Source: Candidatus Aenigmatarchaeota archaeon (GTDB lineage Archaea > Aenigmatarchaeota > Aenigmatarchaeia > QMZP01). From it: DNA of 64,000 nt. The DNA lies in NCBI GenBank assembly GCA_043824495.1, contig JBDRSV010000024.1, positions 32,001 through 96,000 of the forward strand, written 5' to 3'. Within the stretch, counting starts at the first letter, position 1. Each line of letters opens with the position of its first letter. The notes beneath the pieces are model-generated. The model did no database searches and had not been told where the DNA came from. It saw nothing but the letters and a program-made list of their open reading frames with translations. A program made the translations under genes and the position numbers. Below, one piece after another: positions 17,572 to 27,854 of this stretch.

Positions 17572-20500
17572 TTAACTATCTACAGGTAAGCCGCCACTCG
17601 GATCGCATGTGTTGACCTTTTTGCCGCCTATAATCTGCATGCAGTTGTCTACAATACTCCTCTTACATAATCCGTTTATATCACAAGTATATCCACTATA
17701 ACATCCACACTTGTTGCAATCATTAGAGAAGCTCCCATCAGAATCACAGAATAATGGCTTTCTTGTTGAACATTCACCATAAGTTATATCCCCTTCACAA
17801 ACAGGACACATCCCAGGGCTCTCCAGATCACCATTAGCAATTGCAATTATCCTAACAACATCAACTAAATTTATTCTATCATTCATGTCCACGTCAATAC
17901 AGCAAATATCTTCAGGTGTAGGAATATCTCCGACAAAAGCAATGTCATTTGCTAAATCAGAATCTGTGTGATTTATTACACCATCTCCATTTACATCACC
18001 AATTTGTTGTCCTGTATTACAAGGAAGAGAAGATTTTGTGGTTAATTCGAATCCATAAAATCCAGTATTATAGGAGTCATGTTGATATTGAGGCCATTCC
18101 ATTGTACTGGAATCATAGTTGTTGTCAAGGTCCCATGTTTTAGCAGTCAGATCACCTACCCATGAACCTTCACAATCTATATTTGGTCCAGAGTGTGTTA
18201 CCAGCTCCACATCTCCGTCATTATCAATATCATTAATGAGCGGAGTAGAATAGATCATCATGCAAGTATGATCAAGAATCTGTTTAGGAAATCCTTCAAT
18301 AGGTGTTCCATCTCCATGATATGCAACAACCATTTGGTTTCCAGGAGGTCCTGAATAAACACTACCCGCATAAGAAATTACATCTGGTAGATTATCACCA
18401 GTAATATCTCCTATAACTGCTTGCGTAAATACCCATCCACCCAATGAGTGCTTTGGCCAACCGTCAACAACTGTTCCATCATGATGCCACATATTTAGAT
18501 CATACCAATAAGTAGAATAAACTATTTCTAAATTACAATCACCGTCAATGTCTCCTAGACTAGGGATATTGTAATTATGAAAAGTGCTAGTTGCAATTGA
18601 TTCTTGAGGCCATCCCGGGAAAAGATTTCCATCCTTATCTAGAACGTAAATTTTCATCTCTGGGTGATTGTTCATTCCAAAAATAATTTCTTCTTGACCA
18701 TTACAATCTAAATCTCCAATAATAGGAACACCAGGAGTTCCAGGAAGAGAATATTCCCATAGCTTGACTTGATTATGCAGTGTGTATGCATAAACCTTAT
18801 CTGTGGCGGTTCCAAAAACAACATCAAGATACCCATCATCATTAATATCTGCAATTGCCTGGCCATAAATGGCTCCTCCGTCTGGGTATTCTGGTTCATC
18901 AAGATTAAGAGGATATCCTGGATAAAAGTTCCCTTCGTGATCAAAAACCTTTAATATAGGATCAGAATCTCCAATAATAATTTCTAAATAGCCGTCATTA
19001 TCAATATCCCCCATACTGGGTATTAAACTTCCTCCTTGATTTGTATGGTATCTAAAAAGCTCGTCTCCAGCAGTATTAAAAACATGCAATCTTGCACCAT
19101 GAGTAATGGCAATTTCTAGCTCTCCGTCATTATTAATATCTCCAATTGCAGATGTTGTGCCGCTTGATTTGAACGTAGGCCAGCCAGTTACTGGACTTCC
19201 ATCATGATGCCAGGAATAAAATTCCGGGTCATCACCAAAATTCTGGTTTGCGAAAGATACTTCTAAATCAGAATCACCATCATAATCTGCAGCCGATATG
19301 GACGAAACAGAACTTATACTATCTAATAATACTGGCCACCCTGTTTGAATACCTGAATCATCTTCAATGTAATAAAGTGTCCTCTCCTCACCAATAAGAA
19401 CTCCTCCGGAATTGTATACACTGAGATAAACAAAATAATAAGAATCTTCTTGAACAATTCCACTTGTGTCAAATGTTCCTAAAACCCCATTTATTATTGG
19501 GGAAAATCCTGTTTGAATTGGAATAAAATCTTCATTGGGCTTAAATAATGCATAACCAGTATACTCAGCCTTTACATATTCAAGTGTATATCGTTCAAAA
19601 TTCTCAGCGTTTGCATTTCCAATTATATTAATACTGTTTCCATGTGTAATCTCAGAATAGTATTTTGGCGATTTTATTTTTATATTCTCTACTATGATGA
19701 CACTAGCATCTTCACTTATATCTCCAGTTGAAGGATAAACGCTTAATTTTATGTCGTAATCCCCATTCAAAGCAGATGGATCATATCCAGCGCAAAGTAC
19801 TTCGCTCTCTTTAGGAATATCAGAGGTACAAATAAGATCCCAGTTTTCTAGGTTCCTCTCAGAGATATAAAGATCATAATAAGAAAATCCTCCGCCCATC
19901 GCTGTTCCAATGAAATCAATACTTAAGCCTTCAATTGCTCCATTTGTTTCTATTTCTGCTACAAGAGGACTAGTTAAATTGAAAGCTTCTGCAATATCTA
20001 TTCTTCCTTGGCCTTGTGTCCCAATTGGTTCTCCGATGTCTACTGCCGTATTTCTTAAAGCTGCTTTTATTTCTAAAGGGCTCCAATCGGGATGAGACTG
20101 TTTTAATAATGCAACTGCTCCAGCAACTATTGGCGTAGCCATAGAAGTTCCTGCGACTTGTAGATGCTGATCATCTAAGCAAGGATGGTAATAAGGATGT
20201 TCACCTTCTGGAAATATAGAATCATATCTTGCTGCACAAGTTATTGCTCCTGGTGCAACAACATCGGGTTTATATATTGCCCCATTATCCCATATCACTG
20301 GTCCTCTGGAACTAAAGCTTGTTATCTGATCTACTATTGGATTACTATCTTCCCAATATTGACACCATATCTGCCCTTCAGCTGGACAACTCCATTCACC
20401 ACAAAACACTCCATTAAAAGGTGATGATGTGCAGTTCCACCAAAAATCATCATAATTTTTCTTGTATGTTGCTCCGACAGTAATAGCCTTTTTTGCTGTT

Positions 20501-21675
20501 CCAGGACTGCCAACAGTTTCTTCTCTTGGGCCACTGTTTCCTGCAGCTATAACTGCAATAACACCCAAATCAACAATATTATTAACTGCTTGTGAGACTG
20601 GATCTTCTGGTCCACAAAATTCACTGTATCCCCAACAGTCTGCTCCTAAACTTAAACTTATAATATCTAAATGATCATCAAAATTTTCATCTTGGTTTGG
20701 ATCTGCTGACATTTCTATACCCTCTATGACTGCATCAAATGTGCCGCTACCTCTAGAATTTAATACTTTATATGCATAGATCTTTGCATCGGGTGCAATC
20801 CCGTTTATTATACCGTTTCCAGCTGCGCTTGCTGCGCAATGAGTTCCATGACCTTCATCATCTATTGGGTCCGGATCATCATTTACAATATCATATCCTC
20901 CTTCAACTTTACACCCAGCTCCAAAACATCCTCCAAGATCAGGATGTGTATAATCTACACCAGTATCAATAATTCCAATAGTTATTCCTTCTCCTGTAAT
21001 AGGAACTGCTTCAATTTCTCTTGCCCAAACATCGTCAGCATTAATTAGTGGGACAGCGTCCATCAAATTCATTTTAACTTCGTAATTAGGGTAAACTTCT
21101 TTGACTTCTGCAATTTTTTTAATGTCTTCTGCTTCCTTTTGAGAAATTTCTGAAACAAAAAATCCATTAAAAACATCACTGTAGCTCTTTGTAATGCTGG
21201 CTTTTGGGGCCAAATTTATTATTTGAGTTATTGTAGCTGATTGTTTTTCGATAATATTGTTCTTATAGTTCGATAAAATCGATTTTGATAGTGCTGTTTG
21301 TGAACGAGTTTTATATTCTACAACCGGAGCATCGCGAAGTTGTACAAGATAACCATTAAAATTAGGTCTTTGCTCATAAGCTCTGAATCCAAGCGAGTTC
21401 TTTTCAGCTAAATTTTCTGATTCCGGAGGGTTAATTCTTTCCGGCTCTTCACAAACTTCTTCCTCATCCACTAATCCATCACAATCATTATCTATACCAT
21501 CACACTTTTCTATAGAAGGAGTGCATGCTGGTTCCAAAGGAGCGGTTATTATTGTAGGTTCTAAAGTCCTCAAAGGAGCTCTGAATTCCCCTGCGGGATA
21601 ATAAGATACTCCAACAACACCAGAAATAACAACCACAGCAATTATAACAGCGATAATAATAGGAGATAAATTCAT
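17572..21675 (-). CDS. Secreted/anchored S8 subtilase with I9 prodomain, FG-GAP-like repeats and C-terminal dockerin-like domain
   Basis: Catalytic IIDTG, HGTH, GTSMATP; N-terminal TM and CDGIDNDCDGLVDE motif; repeated GD(I/L)DxDG; GDVNGDGVINHTD...DVDMNDRINLVD dockerin-like duplicate (~17820-18000). Confidence 0.92.
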   Translation of the reverse strand: MNLSPIIIAVIIAVVVISGVVGVSYYPAGEFRAPLRTLEPTIITAPLEPACTPSIEKCDGIDNDCDGLVDEEEVCEEPERINPPESENLAEKNSLGFRAYEQRPNFNGYLVQLRDAPVVEYKTRSQTALSKSILSNYKNNIIEKQSATITQIINLAPKASITKSYSDVFNGFFVSEISQKEAEDIKKIAEVKEVYPNYEVKMNLMDAVPLINADDVWAREIEAVPITGEGITIGIIDTGVDYTHPDLGGCFGAGCKVEGGYDIVNDDPDPIDDEGHGTHCAASAAGNGIINGIAPDAKIYAYKVLNSRGSGTFDAVIEGIEMSADPNQDENFDDHLDIISLSLGADCWGYSEFCGPEDPVSQAVNNIVDLGVIAVIAAGNSGPREETVGSPGTAKKAITVGATYKKNYDDFWWNCTSSPFNGVFCGEWSCPAEGQIWCQYWEDSNPIVDQITSFSSRGPVIWDNGAIYKPDVVAPGAITCAARYDSIFPEGEHPYYHPCLDDQHLQVAGTSMATPIVAGAVALLKQSHPDWSPLEIKAALRNTAVDIGEPIGTQGQGRIDIAEAFNLTSPLVAEIETNGAIEGLSIDFIGTAMGGGFSYYDLYISERNLENWDLICTSDIPKESEVLCAGYDPSALNGDYDIKLSVYPSTGDISEDASVIIVENIKIKSPKYYSEITHGNSINIIGNANAENFERYTLEYVKAEYTGYALFKPNEDFIPIQTGFSPIINGVLGTFDTSGIVQEDSYYFVYLSVYNSGGVLIGEERTLYYIEDDSGIQTGWPVLLDSISSVSSISAADYDGDSDLEVSFANQNFGDDPEFYSWHHDGSPVTGWPTFKSSGTTSAIGDINNDGELEIAITHGARLHVFNTAGDELFRYHTNQGGSLIPSMGDIDNDGYLEIIIGDSDPILKVFDHEGNFYPGYPLNLDEPEYPDGGAIYGQAIADINDDGYLDVVFGTATDKVYAYTLHNQVKLWEYSLPGTPGVPIIGDLDCNGQEEIIFGMNNHPEMKIYVLDKDGNLFPGWPQESIATSTFHNYNIPSLGDIDGDCNLEIVYSTYWYDLNMWHHDGTVVDGWPKHSLGGWVFTQAVIGDITGDNLPDVISYAGSVYSGPPGNQMVVAYHGDGTPIEGFPKQILDHTCMMIYSTPLINDIDNDGDVELVTHSGPNIDCEGSWVGDLTAKTWDLDNNYDSSTMEWPQYQHDSYNTGFYGFELTTKSSLPCNTGQQIGDVNGDGVINHTDSDLANDIAFVGDIPTPEDICCIDVDMNDRINLVDVVRIIAIANGDLESPGMCPVCEGDITYGECSTRKPLFCDSDGSFSNDCNKCGCYSGYTCDINGLCKRSIVDNCMQIIGGKKVNTCDPSGGLPVDS

Positions 21676-21857
21676 ACTATATAGTTGGTCTTAAACGAAT
21701 AAAAATGGTTTTTGATACTTCCCCATTATTTAATCTTAAACTCACACACACAATAGAAAATACACTATTTTTGCAATCGGTTCTTGGTTAAGAGAAGTAT
21801 ATGTAGAGTATAGTGGGTAGACACCCACCTTTTATTATCAGAAATCAATAATTATAC

Positions 21858-22268
21858 ATGAAGAGGAAAGCACAGGCAGCTTTTGAGTACATGATGATTG
21901 TCGGTATAGTTCTGCTTTTCATAGTGCCTGTGTGGTCTTACATGAATACAGTACACAAAGATACAACCAATGAGCTTTATTTCAGTTATGCAAGGAATGC
22001 TGTAACAAAGATAGTGGATACTGCTGAACTTGTTTATTCTCAAGGACCTCCAGCAAGTGTGCAAGTCGTTGTTTACATACCAAAATATGTGGAGGAAATA
22101 AACATCACCGGCACAACAATTAACATAAGATTAAATATAGGAGATGTTAATGATGTGAATGGTTTTGGTATAGCTCCTCTTAATGGTAGCTTGCCAACAA
22201 CGGAAGGGTCTTACGTAATCAAAATAGAAGCAATAGATGATTATGTTAATATCAGCTTAGCTAATTAG
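21858..22268 (+). CDS. Class III signal peptide (pilin-like) protein
   Basis: MKRKAQ/AAFEYMMIVGIVLLFIV processing motif with E+5-like residue. Confidence 0.8.
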   Translation: MKRKAQAAFEYMMIVGIVLLFIVPVWSYMNTVHKDTTNELYFSYARNAVTKIVDTAELVYSQGPPASVQVVVYIPKYVEEINITGTTINIRLNIGDVNDVNGFGIAPLNGSLPTTEGSYVIKIEAIDDYVNISLAN

Positions 22269-22380
22269 ATTGTGTGTTTTATTCTACATGAGAAATAGAT
22301 ATTCTTACAAGAAGAAAAAAAGAAAAATAATATTAAAAATAAAAAAATGGAAAAATTCTAACCATCTACGATGGGATATC

Positions 22381-22875
22381 CTACGAAGCAGTACCGGTCA
22401 ATGTACCAGAGCTTGTAAATCCTGTTAATCCAGTATCTAGGTTATCATATGTTATTCGGATATCGACTGTGTATGATGATCCTGCTGCTGGACCTGATAT
22501 TTGAGGCATAGAAATTTTTTGTTCTTGGTTAATATTCATAGCTCGAGGTCCGTTTGTTCCAGTTGTGGTTATATTCCAACCTGCAACCTCTGCATATGGA
22601 TAATTTATGCCTCCGTATGTTGCTTGTATACCTGTTATGTTAATGTTTGCTCCAACTCCATTAGTTAATATAAATGTTACCTGTGTGGAGTTCATCTGCC
22701 AACCGCCTGCCTGGATGTTGAATCCTTGGAAACCTGTAGATGTTGATTGTGTAAAGGTTCCTGGGTTAAATAATCCAAGTGCAAATAATGCTGCGGCAAC
22801 TATAACTACAATTAGTATTGCCCATCCGTATGTCATCAGATATTCCATCGCTGCTTGTGCTTTTAAATGTTTCAT
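22381..22875 (-). CDS. Type IV pilin, candidate major pilin
   Basis: LKAQ/AAMEYLMTYGWAILIVVIVAAALFALG; apparently its own transcription unit with a T-rich terminator region at ~22310-22350. Confidence 0.85.
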   Translation of the reverse strand: MKHLKAQAAMEYLMTYGWAILIVVIVAAALFALGLFNPGTFTQSTSTGFQGFNIQAGGWQMNSTQVTFILTNGVGANINITGIQATYGGINYPYAEVAGWNITTTGTNGPRAMNINQEQKISMPQISGPAAGSSYTVDIRITYDNLDTGLTGFTSSGTLTGTAS

Positions 22876-22964
22876 TAATTTAACACCCTTTATATTGTTG
22901 TGTTTTAATTACTATTTGGTCTAGCACCCTTATAAACATTAAAACTGATATTTTTTTCTAAAAA

Positions 22965-23918
22965 CTAAACAGATGCTATTACACCGAACATTATACCTAT
23001 CATGAGTTTTGCTCCGAAAAAGATAGCAAGAGCTCCTACAACAAATATGGGTAAGAATTTAATTCCACCCTTTTCTTTACCGGTACTAATCAAACCCATA
23101 ATTAAACTACCAAAAATAGTTGTAATTAATATAGAAGCAATTGAGAATAGGAAAAGAAATTCTTCTGATATTTTTACTACACCAAAACTCATGAAAGACG
23201 AACCCGAACTTACAGTCTCAGGTACAACAACATTAGCACCTAGCTGTGTTATAGAGCCTATCAAATAAGACGATAATGCGTATAATGCAGGAGCTGCTAT
23301 TACACCTGCAAATCCTATGAAGATTATGTAAAGCATAATGTTTGCACTTACTTCCTTCTTGATTACTTGAATTCTTCTAAGGTCTGTAGCATTCTCTTCG
23401 AGTAATGTAGCAAATTGTCCTCCTGATTTACTACCTTCTACTATCAGTTTCAAAGTTCTATCAAGCATTTCTGATTTTATGTAATAGCCAACTTTGTGTA
23501 TACTCTCTTCTAAGCTCTTACCTGTAACCATCTCTTTACCTACAAGTTTAATGGCATCTGATAGAGGACCAAATTCTGGTCTCGCACTGAGTAACAAGGC
23601 TCTGCTAGGTATATATCCAGCTCTACTGTTAGCAGACATTAACTGTAATGCATCAGGCAATATATTCTCAACAAATTTTGATCTCCTTTCAACTCCCATT
23701 ATAAGAAAACCATGAAGAAGTACAAACAAACCAACGAATACCCCAACAAATACGTAATATGTGTAAGGAGCTGAGACTAAAGCAGCCACGAAGCCTACAA
23801 GTAAACTTAGTATTACTGCAGAGTCTACGAAAGTCTTCGAACTCTTTTTACTACCAGAATACCTAAGATTGGTTTCTATATATTTCGTATATTTCCTTGG
23901 AACTATTTTATGAAACAT
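22965..23918 (-). CDS. Type II secretion system F-family (TadC-like) pilus platform protein
   Basis: ENILPDALQLMSANSRAG, RPEFGPLS; multiple TM helices. Confidence 0.88.
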   Translation of the reverse strand: MFHKIVPRKYTKYIETNLRYSGSKKSSKTFVDSAVILSLLVGFVAALVSAPYTYYVFVGVFVGLFVLLHGFLIMGVERRSKFVENILPDALQLMSANSRAGYIPSRALLLSARPEFGPLSDAIKLVGKEMVTGKSLEESIHKVGYYIKSEMLDRTLKLIVEGSKSGGQFATLLEENATDLRRIQVIKKEVSANIMLYIIFIGFAGVIAAPALYALSSYLIGSITQLGANVVVPETVSSGSSFMSFGVVKISEEFLFLFSIASILITTIFGSLIMGLISTGKEKGGIKFLPIFVVGALAIFFGAKLMIGIMFGVIASV

Positions 23919-23927
23919 ATTTTTCTC

Positions 23928-24821
23928 CTATATACCTGGAGGTCTCTTGGACTTTATAAGACCCATAAACATGAATTGGAATAACGTTACCGTACCTAAT
24001 ATACCAAGTAGTACTAGCTCAACATTGAATACCGTTCCTACGAAAGAGAACAGTACGAGTATGAAGATTATGCCTAATGTAGGGAAAACAACAACAAGAA
24101 CCATGTAGAAAAGAGCCAATGGATTTAATTCAGACCCGTATTTCTTGATTGCTACTTTCTGTTCCATCACGAGATTGTCAACTATTTCTTTCAGAGTGTC
24201 ACCAATATCTGCACCGCTCTTCAATGCATTAATTAGTTGCCATAGGATTCTACGGAAATATAATGAAGCATTATCCCTGGCTAATAATTCAAGAGCTTCT
24301 ATTTCTGATCTCCCTGTATTAATTTCATTGACCGCTTTCTTAAATTCAGCTGAAACTTCTCCGTATTCACTTCTAGCAATAGACATCATGGAATCGAAAA
24401 GGGTAACACCAGATCTAACCTGAACTAAGAAATGATGTAGTGTATGAGGTAAGAAACCGTCTATCGCTTTAACTTTTCTATTGACAAATAGTCTCGGGTA
24501 AATCATCAAATAGATGAATGATACGAAACCTAAAGCACCTCCAACTCCAACTGCAATTAAGAAGCTTCTTGCTAGTTCTAATCTGAAACCTAAACCAAAG
24601 ACAAGTACAAACACAAAGAAAAGAATGAAATAGAGAAGCCCTGTAGCAAAAGCAATACCCATCCATTCTCTTGGGGATACGTCCATTTCAGAATGTTTTA
24701 GTTGAAACTCTAAGGTAGGGGAGAAAACAGTTAGACTCTCACCGATACCAACATATCTTCTTGTCAAAGTTTTGGCCTTTTCAAGTGGTAAAGGAACAAA
24801 AGGAATTCTCTTCTTTTTCAT
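23928..24821 (-). CDS. Type II secretion system F-family (TadB-like) pilus platform protein
   Basis: LPHTLHHFLVQVRSGVTLFDSM, YGEVSAEF; multiple TM helices. Confidence 0.88.
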   Translation of the reverse strand: MKKKRIPFVPLPLEKAKTLTRRYVGIGESLTVFSPTLEFQLKHSEMDVSPREWMGIAFATGLLYFILFFVFVLVFGLGFRLELARSFLIAVGVGGALGFVSFIYLMIYPRLFVNRKVKAIDGFLPHTLHHFLVQVRSGVTLFDSMMSIARSEYGEVSAEFKKAVNEINTGRSEIEALELLARDNASLYFRRILWQLINALKSGADIGDTLKEIVDNLVMEQKVAIKKYGSELNPLALFYMVLVVVFPTLGIIFILVLFSFVGTVFNVELVLLGILGTVTLFQFMFMGLIKSKRPPGI

Positions 24822-24834
24822 ATCACACCAGGAA

Positions 24835-26331
24835 TTATGGCTTTAGCGTGCCCTTTCTTAGCTTCTTCATTATGCTATCTTGGTCTATATAATATTCAGA
24901 TATTATTCTGCCTACAGAATTTATGTCATATACTTTATTCTTAACTAACCAGTCTAGCACACTCATTTTTTCTTTTATATCAGCATCAATTTCTTTCTCA
25001 TTCATACCAGCGAATAATTTAATATCCTCTAGAGCTCTTCTAGATTTTCCTGATTTCACAATCCTATCTGTTGAAGGAGACCAACGGTAGATTGTGTTTA
25101 ATTCGATTTTTATCTCGTCTAATCCACCAGGAATAAGCTCTGAAACCTGAATGACTCTTCTGATTTCTCTTCTCCTATCTCTATGCATAACTACGATAAG
25201 CTGTAGAGAGTTTAATAGAGCTGCTGGAATGTCTATTGGAGGGTTTGTCAATCTTCTGTAAGTTTCTTCTGCTGTGTTTGCGTGAAGAGTTGAATATACA
25301 GAGTGTCCTGTGTGAATAGCTTCGAATAAAACCTCTGCTTCCCTCTTTCTCCTAATCTCACCTACAACAATTCTATCAGGTCTCATTCTAAGAGCGTTAA
25401 TCATAAGCTGAAGCATTGTGACTTCTCCTTTACCTTCAGTGTTAGGAGGTCTCGTAGTCATTGGTACCCATTGAAGATATTTAGGAAGTTGTAGTTCTCT
25501 AGTATCTTCAATTGAAATTACTCTGTGGTTAGGTGGTATGAAAGATGTAAGAACATTGAGCAAAGAAGTTTTACCGCTTGCTGTACCTCCTGGTATGATT
25601 ATGTTCATTTCGTATTGTGTTGCTAGCCATAGGAACGCGGCTACTTCAGTAGTAATGGTCCCTTGTTCTACAAAGTTTGTTATAGTCCAAGGAGTTCTAG
25701 CGAACTTTCTCACTGTTAGAGTGTTACCGGTTGCACTGACTGGGAATAGAGTAGCGTTAGCCCTATCTCCTGTAGTTAGATAAGCATCCATAAGTGGGTT
25801 CAAATGGTTTATTTGGACACCAACTCTTCTACCAATCATAGCTGCATAGTTGTATATTTCTATTTCACTTTTTAGTGGTATGTTTGTTTTTAGCCATCCC
25901 AAACTTCTATGATAAACCCATACTGGTTCTTTTGAATTGTTGATAACGATCTCTTCTAGATTATTGTCTTGTAATAGAATTTCTATTGGACCTAAACCCA
26001 ATGAGTTGTGTATGAGTATTCCTGTTAAAATCTTTCTCTCTTTCTCGTTTATGTCTGGTAGTTGCTCCTTAATCAAAGGAGCAGATTTATCTATAAATGA
26101 TTTTTTTAGTTTTGTAAGTTCTTCTGGGTCTAAAATTTCTGCCGTCTTAACCATTATATGAGAAAGCATCTCTTCTCTTATTTCATCAAGAACAGCTATT
26201 GTAGCTGTTTCTATCTGAGGAAAAATAAGTTCATATAGAGGAACAAAATCTGTTACACTCTTTTTTATTGTTATCTTTGCCGGAACGTCATCAATTACTA
26301 GTTGATATGTCTCTAATACTTCGTTCTTCAT
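24835..26331 (-). CDS. Type II/IV secretion ATPase (CpaF/TadA/FlaI family)
   Basis: Walker A GGTASGKT, IEDTREL, LRMRPDRIVVGEIR, TGHSVYSTLHA. Confidence 0.95.
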   Translation of the reverse strand: MKNEVLETYQLVIDDVPAKITIKKSVTDFVPLYELIFPQIETATIAVLDEIREEMLSHIMVKTAEILDPEELTKLKKSFIDKSAPLIKEQLPDINEKERKILTGILIHNSLGLGPIEILLQDNNLEEIVINNSKEPVWVYHRSLGWLKTNIPLKSEIEIYNYAAMIGRRVGVQINHLNPLMDAYLTTGDRANATLFPVSATGNTLTVRKFARTPWTITNFVEQGTITTEVAAFLWLATQYEMNIIIPGGTASGKTSLLNVLTSFIPPNHRVISIEDTRELQLPKYLQWVPMTTRPPNTEGKGEVTMLQLMINALRMRPDRIVVGEIRRKREAEVLFEAIHTGHSVYSTLHANTAEETYRRLTNPPIDIPAALLNSLQLIVVMHRDRRREIRRVIQVSELIPGGLDEIKIELNTIYRWSPSTDRIVKSGKSRRALEDIKLFAGMNEKEIDADIKEKMSVLDWLVKNKVYDINSVGRIISEYYIDQDSIMKKLRKGTLKP

Positions 26332-26342
26332 GAATTACACCG

Positions 26343-27146
26343 CTAATGTTTTCTCCTCTTCCATAGCCAGATCTTTATTGACTTCAGTTTGAATTTGAGT
26401 ATTACCAGTATTGCAATTATTGCTATGATTACTATTAGGAATATTGGAACATAAAGCTGAGTATCTAGGCCTCCTCCCATTGCATCGTTTATAGGGTTCA
26501 TTATAGGAGCTATAATAGCAGTCAAACTGCTATATGGGTTACCTACATCAAAAGGAAGTAGGTTTCTTACACTCAACCAATATACCATGAGTAATACAAC
26601 CACAACAACTATGACCAGGATGACTGGTTTTTTCTTAGATCTTTTATGTGGTCTTGTTAGTTTATCTATCTTTTCTTCTGTTGTTTCTACACCTTTAATT
26701 TTCTTTCCTCGTTTAGGTTTGTATCCCTTTATTCTTATCACAACTTTACCCATTACTGGGTAATGTAAATCAACTAAACCATGAGATTCTAGAATTTCTG
26801 CCCATTTTTCTAATCTCTTTTTATCAACTTTTAATCTGGAAGCAGCGGCCTCTAAACCAACACTCTTTTCTTTTTCAATGATATGAAGAAGTTTATCAAC
26901 ATTTGTTTCTATGTAACCTTCTATATGGCCTTGACCTTCAACTTTTTCTCCACCCTTCCCCTTTACTTTTTTCTCAACAATTGCGCTGGGTTTCTGGGAT
27001 TCTTTGAAAAGACCTTCTCTTTTCAGTCTAATTACAGAGAACTGAACATCAAGCTTGGACAGAGTAAGTTTCTTGCTTATTTCTTCTACGGTCTTGCCTT
27101 CTTTAAGAAATTCCAATATTTTCTTGTCTGATGTTGTAATTTTCAT
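26343..27146 (-). CDS. Hypothetical membrane protein with two wHTH-like segments, in the pilus operon
   Basis: ILEFLKEGKTVEEISKKL and ETNVDKLLHII...LEKWAEILESHGLVDLHYP; two C-terminal TM helices. Confidence 0.6.
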   Translation of the reverse strand: MKITTSDKKILEFLKEGKTVEEISKKLTLSKLDVQFSVIRLKREGLFKESQKPSAIVEKKVKGKGGEKVEGQGHIEGYIETNVDKLLHIIEKEKSVGLEAAASRLKVDKKRLEKWAEILESHGLVDLHYPVMGKVVIRIKGYKPKRGKKIKGVETTEEKIDKLTRPHKRSKKKPVILVIVVVVVLLMVYWLSVRNLLPFDVGNPYSSLTAIIAPIMNPINDAMGGGLDTQLYVPIFLIVIIAIIAILVILKFKLKSIKIWLWKRRKH

Positions 27147-27154
27147 TTATTCAC

Positions 27155-27853
27155 CTATACCATCTGACATAATCCAGAGTTACATGATATGTAAGTATAT
27201 ATTATGCTTTCGCATTCTGTTTTTGTTATGAAGTCGTCTAAGACCTCTATTCCTAGTACGTCTATGATACACTGTTGATTTTCTTCATTATAAATCCCAT
27301 GGAAATCAGGTTCATCTATTATTCCATAGTCGTAGAATAGATCATCGACCAGTTCATGATTTTGTACTGTGAATCTTAAACAATCTTGTTGACTTTGACA
27401 TTCTCTGCAAAATCCTGACGTATCACATGTTGGTAGAGGATTCTCACAATTAGTGTTATAATATGTGAATGTTACATTGTTTCCTTGTTCTGTGTATGTG
27501 TACCTGCAATCATCAAAAGTTTCCTCTTCCCCGTCTCCAGATCCGCTACCATCGCCTGGTTCAGATGGACCAGATTTTCCGATCTCAATATCTCTTTCTT
27601 GGTTGTTTATTTCTATTGTTACTTTCCAACAAGAATCATCTGGTGTGTTACATCCATCGTCATCGCATATGACACAATTGCTTTTTGGAGTTATGTCTTT
27701 TATTTCAGCGCCTTCATAATCATCGTTTATTATCTGTTGTATTTTCTGGTATTCTTCTGAAGATAGAGTATCAGTTGATGAAAATATGCCCGAGAAAAAA
27801 ACGGCTAATATAATGATCAATATGACAATCACAATTAATATCACTTTTTTCAT
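27155..27853 (-). CDS. Hypothetical Cys-rich exported protein
   Basis: N-terminal TM anchor, multiple Cys pairs, Gly/Ser linker; operonic spacing. Confidence 0.6.
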   Translation of the reverse strand: MKKVILIVIVILIIILAVFFSGIFSSTDTLSSEEYQKIQQIINDDYEGAEIKDITPKSNCVICDDDGCNTPDDSCWKVTIEINNQERDIEIGKSGPSEPGDGSGSGDGEEETFDDCRYTYTEQGNNVTFTYYNTNCENPLPTCDTSGFCRECQSQQDCLRFTVQNHELVDDLFYDYGIIDEPDFHGIYNEENQQCIIDVLGIEVLDDFITKTECESIIYTYISCNSGLCQMV

Positions 27854-27854
27854 A

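Larger units (their letters stand above)
14161..17573. mobile_element. tRNA-Trp-associated integrative island: integrase + secreted PepD-like cargo + relic integrase
   Basis: Integrase abuts the tRNA 3' end; GC-rich cargo gene; second truncated integrase copy. No attR copy of the tRNA 3' end was seen. Confidence 0.6.
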
